The translations under genes and the position numbers were made by a program. DNA of 64,000 nt, taken from the NCBI GenBank assembly GCA_028534125.1, contig CM052843.1, forward strand, positions 14,694,001-14,758,000, in the 5' to 3' direction. Positions 29,750-43,490 of the stretch are shown here, piece after piece. Origin of the DNA: Lama glama (Eukaryota). Each line of letters starts with the position of its first letter. Positions within the stretch are counted from its first letter, which is position 1. Below the pieces are notes generated by a model. That model was not told the origin of the DNA and searched no databases. It saw only the letters and a program-made list of their open reading frames with translations.

Positions 29750-30984
29750 CTGAAATTTTAAAATGCAAATACTAAAGTGAAATAATTATTACTTAGAATC
29801 CCTACTGTCTGCAACACATCTCACAAAGCCCAGTCTACAACATCTTAAACCTTTGTGTGTATAAATTTACTTAAGAAAAAACAAATTTTGTTTGTGATCT
29901 GCTTTAAGTAAACTAATTTTTTTTTTTTTTTTAGTATTTCTTTTCCAGGCAGGGTTCTAAGTGGAAGCAAAAAAACTACTGTGGTTGATTTATTTATGGA
30001 AAGACACCTAGCAGATAACAATCTCAGGAGAACCTGACTTATAAGCTACACAGCCAGGAAAAACATCCCAAATGGCAGTAGAACTGGTCTGGGAAGACAT
30101 CACGGCAACTGCTTCCACCACCCCAGACAGGACAGAATCTACCAGTTCCCACTTTTCTAGTTCACTGGCTCCTGGGTTGCTGTCCATACTGCCAGCTTTT
30201 GCTTGGCCAAATCTACCTGGCTATAGGTACAAGGAGATTCTGCCTCCCACCAAAATCAATCCAGAAATATAAACCAGGAATTCAGATGCTATAAGGTCAA
30301 AAATAAAAAGTCCTCTCACACTCACTGGCACTCTAACCCCTGCCACTCACCCTCCTCCCCTGCCCATCAACATACTGTTTATCTGGTACAATCATTAACT
30401 GATACGGCATAAGCCAGTTTACTGGAAATGTTGGTCTCCAGCATGACAAGAAGCTTGCACCAGACTATAAATCAATGTCAAGGAAGGCTTAAAAAAAAAA
30501 AAAAAGGCAGTGTACTTAATGACATATTTGATTTACATTCTGATGTAAGCTTATTTCATTGTGAACCAGAAATAAAGCTTGTGGTCTACACTTTGAGAAC
30601 TTGATGAACAATTACAAAGAATGGCAGGGTAGGGGGCAGAATAAAAGTGCCACAAATATGCCAGACATGGGGTGAAACATGAACAAGAAAAGAGCCCAGC
30701 CCTACTGACAGATGAAAGTGTGTAATGGAAGATTTCTAAGTACTCTTAAGAACTCTAAGAACACATAATCTACTGATAACTAAGAAACGGTCATGACTAA
30801 AATGTATCTGTCTCACAAAAGTTTTAATGTTACCAACATCTATTATTGCCTATAAGAATGAATACTGAGAGTAAATGTGAATAAAAAGTGCAAAGGGCCA
30901 AAAACAACGTCAAAGCTGGAAATGACCGACAAAAAAGTGGTCAGAGAAAAAGGATGGTTTTATGTAGGATCTGAAAACGTATCA

Positions 30985-31830
30985 CTTTTTAAAAAATTGA
31001 GGTATTTTACACAGAAAATTTTAAGTGTCCAGCTTGATGAATTTTTATGTATTTATAAACCCGCATAACCTCAAGATATAAAGGCCAGAACCCCAAAAGC
31101 TCCCTTGGGCCTCTACCCAGTTGATATCCATGCCTCACCTATCTAACCACAATTCTAACTTTTACAGCATATCACTTTTGCATGCTATATGTACTCTTTT
31201 GTGTCTGACTTCTTTCAATATTTATACACATCTTCTGTGAGTCACAGTTCTTTTTCACTGCTGTGTAGTATTCTGTTGCGGTACTATACCATAATTCACT
31301 TAGCTTATTTCCACTTTCTAGCTACTACCAAAAAAAAAGCAGCTGAAAAAACTCATGCACATAAAATAGCAAGGTACACATGAGAACAAATTTCCTTTGA
31401 GTATATACCCAGGAGTAAAACTGCTAGATCATAAGGTATACAGAGATAGACATGTAGCTGTACCTTTAATAGAAACCAACACTTTTCTGAGGTGGTTGTA
31501 CCAATTACACTCCCACAAGCAAGAGCGCCAATGTTCTACAATCCTTGGTATCGTCAATGGTCAATACTTGGTATTGTAGGTCTTTTTAATTTTAGCAATT
31601 TTAGTGGGTTCTTCACATATTTGGGGGAGCATTTTGATATGTTCTTTTCTTAATTTCTGGTTTTTGTTTGGGGGGTAATTAGTCTTATTTACTTATTTTT
31701 AACGAAGGTACTGGAGATTGAACCCAGGACCTCGTGCATGCTGAGCATGCACTCTACCACTGAGCTATACCCTCCCTCCTGATATGTTCTTTTTGTGAAG
31801 TGTCTTTTGCTCATTTTTTAAGTGGATGGT
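30985..31830 (-). mobile_element. Old L1 3' region (antisense)
   Basis: ttaagtgtccagcttgatgaatttt...gagtatatacccaggagtaaaactgctagatcata...ggttgtaccaattacactcccac. Confidence 0.75.
31649..31779 (-). mobile_element. Camelid SINE (Vic-1-like) with perfect 14-bp TSD
   Basis: TSD tgatatgttctttt at 31635-31648 and 31780-31793; tRNA-like head. Confidence 0.92.
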
Positions 31831-34280
31831 TTTTAAAAGATACTTTTAAAAATTACTCTTGCCAGGAAGAGAGTCTTTGGCTTGAGATAAAGATGAGGGA
31901 GCACTGGCTTAGAAAAAGGAGATGAAATCTAAGTAAGAGTGGACGGGCCAACTCACACTGGGTAAGAAGCCAGGATAGAAACCTCAGAAACTTCTTGTTG
32001 CAAACAATGACGCAAAAGAAAAATAAGGACCGTGAAGTAGAAAACAAAAACGTATTCAATTTAAAGTTACTGTCAAAAAAGATAGGAAAAAAAGTTACTG
32101 TCCTTTATTTTGAAAATATGTCCTTCTTATCTTTTTGGTGTGAAAATGGCTTTTTTTAAAAGATGTGGGGACAGTAGATGAATTTTTTTTTAATGTTTAC
32201 TTATAATAAAATGTTGTCAACTCTACAGCAACATCCTATCCTGCTTTCTGGACATTAAACTTGAAACTCAAGTCTAGTGACAACTTCTATAATTCACATC
32301 AGTCTGGCTAAGACTTTAATTCAGAAGACTTTACCACACTATAAAACAATGACATAGTATTCGACCTATGGGTACAATTTACTGGTAATAATTTAGAATA
32401 TCCTATACTATTCATGCAAAATTAAGTACACTGATACATTCCCAGTACCCAGCACAGAGTCTGACATGTAGTAAGTTTAATTTTTTTCAGTCCACAAAAT
32501 GAATAAATCTCATGACCTGTATATCTCCCAACAACAGAACTGTTTAGATAAGAAGTCTAAGAACACAAGCTAATTAAAATTTGATGAAAATTCTTGCGAA
32601 TTAATGGGTTTTAGATATGAACCGAACTTCTGAAGGACATTTTCTGTAACTTTTTTTAGAGGTTAACCTTCTCTCTGTCTGATATAAACGAGGTTAGAGG
32701 TAGCCTTACTTTTCTGTTTGAACTAAAGGTGTGCCATTTTCACGTGAGGATCTCTGAACTATAACCCTACTGTCAATGATATAGGAATTGTCTCCTTACA
32801 GTGTCATTTTAAGCATTCCCATGCAAATGAATTAAGTATTCTGGCATCAATTTTATAAGACTCTTTTGAAAAGACTGCTCAAATATCTTGAGTGATCCTG
32901 GACATACGTAGAAACAAACACACAACCACTTGGAAGTCAGTAATACTTTTCACTAACTAAAAGTGCCTCCTTAGGCCAAACTAAATGATGAAAATTCAAT
33001 ACAAAGGTGATTTTGATAGGCTGTATAATAATTACTGTTCCCTGCATATTAAGTGTATAAAAATTGCCTTATGGAATAACTCAGTAAATCATACCTTTGT
33101 AAGTAAAGATGTTTAGTTTTTAAAACCAGTAAGGGTAAAAGAAATTGCTTCAGGCCAAGATGGCAGAGTAGAGAGACTCACAGCTCACCGTCTCCCACAA
33201 ACCAAGAATTACATCTACAAAAGCCAGCAAGGGTATTTACTGAAGCATTAGCTTTAAAAGATAAAATCTAGAGGCAAACTAAATGTCCTTCAATAAGGAA
33301 ACAGTTAAAATAAATTTAACATACCTATTCTAAGTTTATGGCCATTAAAACAAAAAGGTATACATAAAAGGATTTCATGATAAAAATCTAAATGAAAAAA
33401 AATATGCGATTGTTTTTTAAAAAATAAAGCACAGAAAAAATGGTGAAATAGATATTTTAGGTACACACATACACACAAGAAAAGATCTTAAAAGATAACA
33501 TTGGCTGTGTCTGAGGCCTGGTGATGGAATTCTCCACTTTCCCTTCTTTATTTTTACGCACTTCTGTATCATTACATGATTAGATTACAGTGTCATTTTT
33601 TTTCTTGCTTATCTAAATTGTATAATTTGTATCAATAGCACATAATAAACATATAAAAGAACAGATGAACAGCTGAGCAGTAGCTAACATTTCAAAAAGC
33701 AGTGATACAGTAATAATATTCATCACCAAGAATGCCCAAGAAAACAGCTGGAAACTGAAGTTTACCAGCACTTCAGAACCTACTGCACCACTGTACCACA
33801 CTGTACCACGCTGTCTTTTCCTCTCTTTTTCAGATTTTTTTTTCATTCCTTTCCTTAACATTCATAAATTCACCTGTTACCCATATCTATTTCTTTTATA
33901 TTCACCAAGTCAATTCCCTAATCTCTTTACATCTCAGGTGAGGCCATTTTTGACACGGCCGGCTCACTATCTTCCTATGAGATATGGCTACAATCATGTC
34001 ACTTCTTTGCTCAAGTTCAAACACCTGAAACTTGGCACTCAAGTTCCTTCTTGTATGAGTCTAACATTATTTCTAGACTTCTGAATTACTTCCCTACAGT
34101 AGGAATCCTAACAATTTAACAGGTCTTCTCTACTGTCCTCTGAATAACCCATCTGTCTCTTTCTAGTCCTTGCCTAACACTATTTGGATGAAGAGACTCA
34201 CTTAGAGTAGTGTAAGATTGGGATTATATATAGATTAAAATATCCACATGCATCCCAATGTTCATAGCAGCACTATTTAC

Positions 34281-34820
34281 TTCTTCTTAACATTTTTTAT
34301 TTATAATCATTTTACAATGTTGTGTCAAATTCCAGTGTAGAGCACAATTTTTCAGTCATACATGAACACATATATATTCACTGCCACATTTTTTCCTTTG
34401 TGAGCTACCATAAGATCTTGTGTATACTTCCCTGTGCTATACAGTATAATCTTGTTTATCTATTCTACAATTTTGAAATCCCGTCTATCCCTTCCCACCT
34501 TCTGCCCCCTTGGCAACCACAAGTTTGTATTCTATGTCTATGAGTCTATTTCTGTTTTGTATTTATGCTTTGTTTTTTTGTTTTTGTTTTTTAGATTCCA
34601 CATATGAGCGATCTCATAGGGTATTTTTCTTTCTCTATCTGGCTTACTTCACTTAGAATGACATTCTCCATGTGCATCCATGTTGCTGCAAGTGGTGTTA
34701 TGTTGTCAGTCTTTATGGCTGAATAGTATTCCATTGTATAAATATACCACATCTTTTTATCCAGTCATCCGTTGATGGACATTTAGGCTGTTTCCATGTC
34801 TTGGCTATTGTAAATAGAGC
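34281..34820 (-). mobile_element. Young L1 3' end (ORF2 C-terminus ALFTIAKTWKQPKCPSTDDWIK plus 3'UTR)
   Basis: Translated L1 ORF2 C-terminal motif in the ORF track; 3'UTR shared with the 59.3 kb copy. Confidence 0.88.
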
Positions 34821-34987
34821 NNNNNNNNNNNNNNNNNNNNNNNNNNNNNNNNNNNNNNNNNNNNNNNNNNNNNNNNNNNNNNNNNNNNNNNNNNNNNNNN
34901 NNNNNNNNNNNNNNNNNNNNNNNNNNNNNNNNNNNNNNNNNNNNNNNNNNNNNNNNNNNNNNNNNNNNNNNNNNNNNNNNNNNNNNN
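34821..34987. other. Assembly gap (167 N)
   Basis: N run. Confidence 1.
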
Positions 34988-35679
34988 TTCTAAGTAAATC
35001 AGACAGAGAAGAAAATATCATATGATACCACTTTATGTGAGATCTAAAATATGATACAAATTAACTTAGTTACAAAACAGAAGCAGATTCACAGACATAG
35101 AAAACAAATTTATGGTTGACAAAGGGGAAGGGAGGAGGAATAAATTAGGAGTCTGGGATTGGTAGATATAAACTACTATATTTAAAACAGATTAAAAAAA
35201 ACAAGGTCCTACTGTATAGCACAGGGAACTATATTCAGTAACTTGTAACAACCTATAATGGAAAAGATTATCACAGAAACTAACATAACATTGTAAATTA
35301 ACTATACTTCAAAATAAAAAAAAAAACAAAAAAACCAGATTAAAGTATCCAGTATAAACAGCCAGTATATGCTAAGTGCTAGAAGAGACTATTCACTGAT
35401 GTATGTATATATATTTTTCCCTTTTCCTTCCCCTCTTAACTAGCCTGGCCATATTCTACAGAATTAAATTTTTTTATTGTATTTATTGAACTGCACTTAA
35501 ATATTTTGCTCGGAACTTCAGATTCAACTGTATTAACCTTTTATTTTCCAGCAAACAAAAATACCTTACTATTGTACTCACAAAAACCCAGGGTTTTTCC
35601 CCCCCCTCATCATGGATTTGAAGCTCAACAAAACTGTCTACCGTAGTTACATATACTCCACAATTCTTAGGACATTCAG

Positions 35680-35935
35680 TTATGGTTAAAAGAGCAAGAA
35701 CTCGGCAGTGATCAAGGTTAGCATCCTAAATCCCAGCCCCTACCCCTTACATCAGTGTGACCTCAGGCAAATTGCTTAACCTCTCTTAACTTCTTTTTCC
35801 CATCATCTGTAAAACGGGATAATACCTACATCACATAGCAGTTATACAAGTTAAATGAACTAACAGGTGGAAACAATTTCACAGTGCTTCATACATACCA
35901 AGAACTCAGTAAATACAAATTATCAATATTATTAC
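35680..35935 (+). mobile_element. MIR SINE
   Basis: gtgtgacctcaggcaaattgcttaacctctct...catctgtaaaacgggataata. Confidence 0.75.
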
Positions 35936-36996
35936 TACTCAAAAGCAGTCAAGCTACTGCCAAAACGAGATTATCTGGTACCTTTGTTTTCAGTCATTTT
36001 GAAAACCTGAGCACCAGGCAATTAAACTGCGGGGAATTGCCCACAGTCTTGGAGAGCAAACAAAATTGGCGCTCTCTACGCCTTCAAGTGTGCCTTATTT
36101 TACTCAACTCAAAACGACTGGTAAAGAAACGTGATTACTGATCATGAGAAATTCGTAGAAACATGAAAAAGAGATGATATACCCCGGCGATACTTCAAAA
36201 TAACCCGGGGAGCGGGAGCACGGCTGGCCATTCATTGATAATTGCTGACACTGGGTGATGGGTACACCGAGTTCTTTATACTATCCTCTCGACCTCTGGA
36301 GAATCTGAAGATGCCTATAATAAAACGTATTTTCCAATGGCCAAAGGTCAATTTTTTTTCCTTTGGGGCTTAATGCAAATCTTGGTCCTGGTCAGGAAGA
36401 CACAGTGGGAAGTTTCGCGAGGCGAAAGGTGGAAACAGTAACGCAAGCCAGCTGAGGCTGCTGACACCTCCCAGGCGGCCCGGTCGGTGCGCCCCTCCCT
36501 TCCCGCAGCCCCGGGGCCTGGCCGGGAAGTGCACCGCGGAGTCCGGACCGCCGAGTCCTGGGAAAGAGCAACACCCAAACGAACCGCCGCAAAGGGCCTC
36601 CCTGGGACCGCCGCCCGGCCGCCAGCGCGCGAACTGCGGGCTCCGGACCATCGATCGAAGGCCGCGGGGAGGCGGGGGGGGGCTGCGGGGGGGTGAATGG
36701 GTGGGTGGGTGAGTCCCAGTTTTCCGGGAGGGTCGGCCGAATTCCCTCCGCCCACACAAGCTCCAGCCCCACCCGGGCTCTCAGCCACCCCGGCCGCCTG
36801 AGAACATCTCCGCTTCCCTTCAGCCGCGGCGCAGACACCCAACCGGCCCGCGGAGCCCGCCGCGCTCCCCGCCAGCCTGCCCCCGGCTCCTTCAGCTCCT
36901 ACCCTGACAGTCGCCAGGGCTTCCCACCGCCATCAGGCCCCGGGGCGCCTCCTCGCCCCCGCCAACAGCTCTCCAGAGTCCCTAGCCCCACTTTAC

Positions 36997-37095
36997 CTCG
37001 GCCGCGCGGCAGCCAAGCGCCGTCTTCAGCACCTCGGGTTTCGCTGTCCCGGGGCGTTGCTGCCAATCTCCCAACCTCCGCCCCGAACCGGGGCC
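36997..37095 (-). other. MTFR1: MTFR1 non-coding exon 1 (TSS approximate)
   Basis: GAG/GTAAAG donor at 36996 inside the CpG island, downstream of CCAAT and NRF1 motifs; a second possible donor AGG/GTAGGA at 36902. Confidence 0.65.
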
Positions 37096-37199
37096 AGACT
37101 GCCCAATCAGCGGCTTCCTCCGGCCGAGAGGCGGGCACAGAGAGCCGCGAGCGGAAGGCGAGGTGGCCGCCGGACTGCTGGCGGCCGCCTTTAGTCGCG

Positions 37200-37211
37200 C
37201 GCGCATGCGCA
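37200..37211. promoter_or_regulatory. NRF1 (nuclear respiratory factor 1) site CGCGCATGCGCA
   Basis: Exact match to YGCGCAYGCGCR about 100 bp upstream of the MTFR1 TSS region. Confidence 0.75.
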
Positions 37212-38724
37212 GGACTCGGCTAGGGGGCGTGCGTTTTCCCCGTGGACCTCACTTTTTGTCTTCGCTCTCTGCCCTGGAAAGTGATTTGTAAACCTCAAAC
37301 TCTACATGTGTAGGAAGGCCCAAATTCTGAATGTATCCGCGAGTGCGTATTACCTTGGAAGAAGCTGATGACTCTTAAGCCCTTGTTAAGCTAACATACG
37401 TTGGGCCCTTTCATCTCGCGCTTAAGGGCTTGGGTTCACCTGGCCTATCTCCTGCCTGTGCAGACTAGACTTCATATCCCGGGTGTGTTCGTCTTCAGCG
37501 AGAGTGAGGATGTGGGTTTGTACAAAGTGCCTGATGGATGAGGATTTTACTAAGTCTTCAGTTCCAGCATCTGTTTAGCCTGATTCATTGGGACGTGATT
37601 TTTAATAGTTGACTATCCTAGGACACGGGATTTCAAATAATTGTCATGAAAATACATTTATAGGTAACAGTATATTAAGCATGGTAACGTGTGTAGGACT
37701 TATAAAATATTTATATGTAGACTGAGAAACCTGTATTTCTGGATAGCCTTTCAAGAGGCGGTTGCTGATTGGCTGCTTCTCTTACCCTCCCATTGTAGTT
37801 GATCCCAGAGGTCAATCAGCAGCCATCGGACTCTGATGTTCTTATCCTGGGTGCCCAGTCTATTCCTGGCGAGGGCTTCCCTCCTTCAGCAAAAGCATTA
37901 ATTCATTTACTCAACAAGGGCTTGTTGGGGGCCCACTATGACAGTACAAAGAATTTAAAAAGTTTAATCACGCCCTGAGTGAGCCTACAGGCTAACAACA
38001 AACTTAATTTATATAGTCAAATGATACAATGGAGTCTTGGAGAGGGCCTGGGAGACCTGCCTAGCCTGCCCCCCAGGTATTCAGGGAGCACATCCGGGAA
38101 GAGTGAATGCTTCGGCTGGGACCTAATGAAAGAGCAGGAACTTCTGAGCTAAAGGGGCAAGGGCAAAGCACTGTGGCATTTCTGACAAAGTTCATTTGTG
38201 TATCCTGAGATCATTCCAGGGTGGGTTTTGTGTGAAGGTAATGAAGCTTGTACCCAGGCCCCATGACTTGCCCCAGCCCTTTCCAACACCGGAGGGGGGC
38301 TCCTAGCACTGAGTATACCCAGTTTTCTACTCTTCAGAAGGAAGATGTCTTAAAGCTCTCCTCAGCGGGGACTGGATAAGGCTTTCTTTCCATTCCAACT
38401 TCCTTTCCTTCACACTTCCCTCCATGCTAGGTCTCCTGGAGTGGCCCTGGGCATTGTGCAGATCTGGGCGAGGGAAAGAACTGAGATGAAATTGAGCCAC
38501 TTCCATCATGTTATTGCTGGGCTCTCCCTGTATTGGAATGTCTTCCAGCAAAACTAGCCTTGCTCTATTCCATCTCACAAATGGATGTGTCTTGTGACAC
38601 ATGGCACTAGAATTATGTGGCTGGTGGAAGAGATAGAGGGTTTGAAATTTCCTGAGCCAGAAGCTAATCTAGGGGGAAATCTTTCAGTCATCACACTTTT
38701 AAAATTATAAGCAGGGTGTTTCAC

Positions 38725-39790
38725 TTTTTGTTTTTAGTCAACTTTATTTTGGAATAATTTTGGATTTACAAAAAAGTTACAAAGATAGTATAAAAAGTTC
38801 CTGTGTACTCCACCCAGTTTCCCCTAAGGCTAACATCTCATATTACCGTAGTATTTATAAAACTAAGGAGCCAACACTGGTATAAATTCCAAGCTTTACT
38901 CAGGTTTTACTAATCCCTTTTCTGTTAAAGAATCTAATCTAAGGTGCCACATTGCATTTAGTCATCATATCTTTTTAGACTCCTCTGGTCTGTCAAAGTT
39001 TCTGTCTTTCCTTGTTTTTTATAACCTTGGTATGACCATGACAGTTTTGAGAAGTCTGGTCAGGTATTTTCTAAAATGTCCCTCGATTTGAATTTTCCTA
39101 GTGTTTTTCTCGTAAGTAAGTGGGATGATAAAGTTTGAGAAAAGTACCACATGGGTGAGATGCCCTTCTCATCATGTAATACTGGCGTGCAGGATGGCTT
39201 ATTACTGCTAATGTTAACCTTCATCACCTGACCATGGTAGTGATCCCTAGTTTCTCCACCGTAAAGTTTTTCCGTCTTTCCACATTCTTTTCTTTAGACG
39301 CATGTCACTAAATCTAGCCCACACTGAAGGAGAGTAGGAGGTTAAGCTTCAACCTCTGGAGCAGAATATCTATATAAATTATTTGGAACTCTCCTGTAAG
39401 GGAGATTAGTCTCTTCCACACCCCTCCATTCATTTATTTATACATTCTCATGTATATTTAATACTTCATTTTATATTTTATATTATGATTTTTATATTGT
39501 TGCTCAAATTGTTCCAGCTGGACCACTGGAAACTCTTTAAGGTTGGCTCGTGTGTCCTTTTGGTTTTTGATCATCTCCTTTTTTCTTGAGCTACAAGAGG
39601 CTGCAGGCTGATCTTGTATTTTTCCTGCCCTGGCATTAGAGTCAGCCATTTCTCCATTTCTTCAAGAAATCCTGGAATGGTATTTAGAAATCAACCAAAA
39701 CCTAGATACTGGGTGTACTTGTTGCTTCTGAAGTGTCACTGAATCTAGCCTCCCCTAATGGACATATATTACCACCTTGTTTTTTAATTT
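38725..39790 (-). mobile_element. L1MC-like 3' region (antisense)
   Basis: actttattttggaataattttggatttacaaaaaagttacaaagatagta... typical L1MC 3' end. Confidence 0.7.
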
Positions 39791-39799
39791 TTACATCCC

Positions 39800-40397
39800 T
39801 GTGACAGGCAGCCTCTAAGATGGCTCCCAAAGATCCCTGTCTGATATTCATGCTCTTGTGTAATTTTCTCTCCTTGAGGGTAGGTTGGCCCTAGTGACTT
39901 CCTTCTAATGAACAGAATACAGCAAGAGTGATGGGATATCATTTGCAAGATGAGGTTACAAAAAGATTGTGGCTTCCATCTTGCTTGCTCTCTCCTGGTC
40001 TCTCCTTCACTCACTCTGAGAGAGGCCAGCCGCCATATTGTGAACTATGCTATGGAGAGGCCCACAAGGCAAGAAGCGGAGGGAGGCTTCTGACCAAGAG
40101 TCAGCAAGGAGCTAAGGCCTTCTTGGGTTTCTTACGTCAGCCTGTAAGAAACCAAATCCTGCTAACAGCCATCTGAGTGAACTTGGAAAAAGACCCTCTC
40201 CCATTTGAGCCTTGAAATAACTTCAGCCCCACTGACAACCATGACCACAGCTTTGTGAGAGACCCTGAACCAGGAACATCCAGCTAAGCCACATGTTGAT
40301 TCCTCAATGCACAGAAACGACTAGATAGTAAATGATTATTGTGTTAAGTTGCTACGTTTTGGAGTAATTTGTTAGGAAGCAGTAGATAAGTAATACA
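39800..40397 (+). mobile_element. MaLR solo LTR (MLT1E-like)
   Basis: TG...CA termini: tgtgacaggcagcctctaagatggctccc ... gcagtagataagtaataca. Confidence 0.8.
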
Positions 40398-42349
40398 GTT
40401 TCTGACTCTTCCACGAGATCAGTCGTTCTTAAATTTCACTCTGGAGTTTGTTTAAAAATACATATGCTCAGGCCCCTTCCCAGAATCTTAGGTGATTGTT
40501 CTACATGGATAAGTTCAGAAATGTAGAGGTTACAGGGCAATCCATTTGGGGATTTTAGAAGAAAATAGACTTTCCTTTTCTTTTCTTTTTAGTGTATCTG
40601 ATCCTGGAGTTCTTTACCAAAATTAATGGCCCAGCTTTCTTGGCAGAATCCAGAGTAACTGAAACTTCACCTGCCAGTTGAAGTACTTATTGAATAGAGG
40701 AGAGAGGGAAAAAAACAGAGTTTACTCTTACTCAATGTAAAGCCTTGAAAAAGTCCCTTGACCTTTCTATGCCTCCAGACTCCTAACAGGAAATTAAAGG
40801 ATTATAATACCATTATTTTGGCAAAGAGATTTATCATTAAGTGTATATTAGGCAATAGAAAAGTGACCAAGGCCAGTTGTGGGCCAGCTTCCTTGTAGAG
40901 ATTTAATGAAAGGTCAGATTCCTATTTGTTCTTATTGGCAGATGGTCAGGCTGAATTCTGTTGGAGAAAGAATGTGGGCTTCCAAGTCAGACAGACCTAT
41001 ATTCAAATATGCCTCTGCCACTTGCCAGCTGTGCAGCCTTGGGCAAGCTAGCCAACCTGCCTTGGTCTCAATTTCCTGACCTGCACAGTGGGTAGAATAG
41101 CCACCCTCAAAGGTAGCCCTGAGAACTGACTGTACTAAGGGCAATTCCTGGCTTATCACAAGGGGCCCAATTAATAATCCAATGAAGGACAAACAGTCAG
41201 TTTATGTGGTTGTGATCCAGATATTAGTAAAATAGGGGACAAACAAATGTCCAAATGTGTCCATCAGTCTGTTTCTCATATTACGTTTAATGACAAATCT
41301 CATATGGTGAGACAGGTTGAATAATCTGCAAGTCTTACACAATACCTTCCTTGGAAATCGAGACCCTTTCTCTAGTTCTGCTTTTTGCCACCTCTGATTG
41401 CCTGTCTACAGAAAATACATCACACTCAAATGGGCCTCAAGAGGTCGTGAGTTAGAATCCAGGAAAACCTGGCTGGTAAAAGACCACTGGGTAGGGCAGT
41501 GAAGAACCCATGTGAGGGGCACTTAAGACAAAGGGAGACTGGAACTGTTTAGAAGGTCTAGCTCCAGGACAGGTGGTCAAAGCTAACTTCTCTTTTTATT
41601 TAGCAGTTTTCAGAAAATTGAGTTGGTTCCTTCAAATTCTTTAAAGGTGACCAGTGATTTTTTTTCTTGTCTTTTTTTTTTCTTAGTATTCAAGCACTCA
41701 TGAATTTTATCATTATAAATTAGCTTTTATCAGATCTTTTCTAGATTGCAGATTTTTATACAGAGAGACTTGGGACTAAATGTACATTTATAGAATATCT
41801 TCTAGATACTGATCTAGGTGCTCTGACTTACACTGTTTTATTTAATTCCCACAGCAGTCTTGGAAGGCAGGTGCTGTGATCTCTGTTTTTCAGAGACTGA
41901 GGTCTTTAGCAGCAAAGTGACTAGTACAAAGTCGTACAGCCAGCAAGTGATCAAATTCAGATTTGTCTGAACCACATGGCACTAAGGTAGCTTTCTGGAA
42001 CGAGGTCCTCCAGACACTGAGTCACTGAGTAGGGCTCGCTGCTTACCCCACCAGCCTCCTATCTTGCCCCTTACATATCCTCCTTGGATATAACTGTTTG
42101 GTGATCCCCAGTTTGTCACTCTTATACTTGCAAAAGTACTTTCCCGGAACTGCCAAATTCCCTTCTGCCTTTTAATCTAACACATAGATTTTGTTGAATA
42201 CATATTATTTCATTTACACATGATTTTACCTAATGCAAATTTATCACATTATATATAAAACTACATTTACATCCCCACCCCAAGTAAAGTTAATTTATTT
42301 TTAGCTTTTCTCTGCGTGGTGGGCTCCCAGTCTCCCAGATCCTAGCCTA

Positions 42350-43490
42350 CTCATTCAGGTAGTATATGCTGAAAACCTAGATTATATCTTTCTATATTTT
42401 TCCCATGATCATACAATATCATACAAAGATATATAAACATGTATAGGGTAGGATTTGTTACTATTTTCAAAAATCAGGTGATAATATACATACTTTTAAG
42501 CATCTTACTTTTTTCACTTAACACTGTGCAAGTTCCTCAATGTCTCTTCCTATAGTTCTAATTTCCTTTTCTTAATGACTTTCTAATATGTTTTTCATAA
42601 TGGCCCATGGGCTCTAGAGATACTATCATTTACTAAAACATCCCACTACTGATATGCATTCATTTGATGTTGGACTTTGTTGGTGGTGTTGGTGGGTGTT
42701 TTTTTGGGTTTTTTTGGCCAGTATTAACATTGTTGCAATAAATATCTTTGTTCTCATGTTTCCATATACTGGTGCTTTTTATTTCTATGGTTTAGAGTCT
42801 TGAGAACAGGATTTCTGGGTCAATATATACTATTTTTTGTAACTGATTTTGCTGGATAGCTTTCTAAAAGGCTGTAATATTTACATTTTCACAGCAACAT
42901 CTGAGAGTCTTCTTCCTACTCATTATCTCCAACAGCAGCTTTGTGTCATTTCGACTTTTGTCAGTCTGATAAGCATCAAGTGATTTTTCTCCTTGTCATA
43001 TTAATTTGCATTCCCTTATTACAAGTGAGTTGAAATGTCTTTTCATATTTATTGGCCAGATGGATTTTCTCTTGATTAAGTACCAATTTATATATTTTTT
43101 TTACCCAATTTTGATAAGGTTGTTTACACCCTTGACAATTTGTAATTAACTTTTGGATGTTATTCTCTATCCGCCCACTGAGTTACAAATTTACCCCCAA
43201 ATCTATTAACTATCAACATTGCTTATGTATCTTTTTTCTATACAAAAAATTGTTTTTTAAAACTAGTCAAATGTGTCCATTTCTTTTTTCTAAATTCTTG
43301 GTTCCCACTTTTGTTTAAGGTCTCCCATACTTCTTCATTGCTATATGTAATTGCCAAGATTTTCTTGAAGGATTTTTAATATTTTATTTTTTACACTTGA
43401 GTTTCTAATTCACCTGGAATTTAATTTTTTGGTAAATGATGTAATATATGGATACAATTTTATTTTCATTCAGATGGACAGCCAGTGCTT
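42350..43490 (-). mobile_element. Old L1 (L1ME-like), antisense
   Basis: T-rich L1 3' motifs (gcaataaatatctttg, ttaatttgcattccc, cacctggaatttaatttt). Confidence 0.6.

Larger units (their letters stand above)
34247..35336 (+). mobile_element. 5'-truncated L1 with TSD, spanning an inverted second L1 piece and an N-gap
   Basis: ORF2-end motif ccaatgttcatagcagcactatttac, 3'UTR and A-tail; TSD agattaaa(a/g)tatcca at 34232-34246 and 35337-35351. Confidence 0.8.
36170..37270. promoter_or_regulatory. MTFR1: MTFR1 CpG-island promoter
   Basis: Very high GC and CpG density versus AT-rich flanks; GC box, CCAAT boxes (~37063, ~37103), ETS-like CGGAAG. Confidence 0.9.

Noticed and set aside
36348-37223. 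Several 130-176 aa overlapping ORFs
   Set aside because: Expected from stop-codon scarcity in a GC-rich CpG island; low-complexity R/P/G/A content
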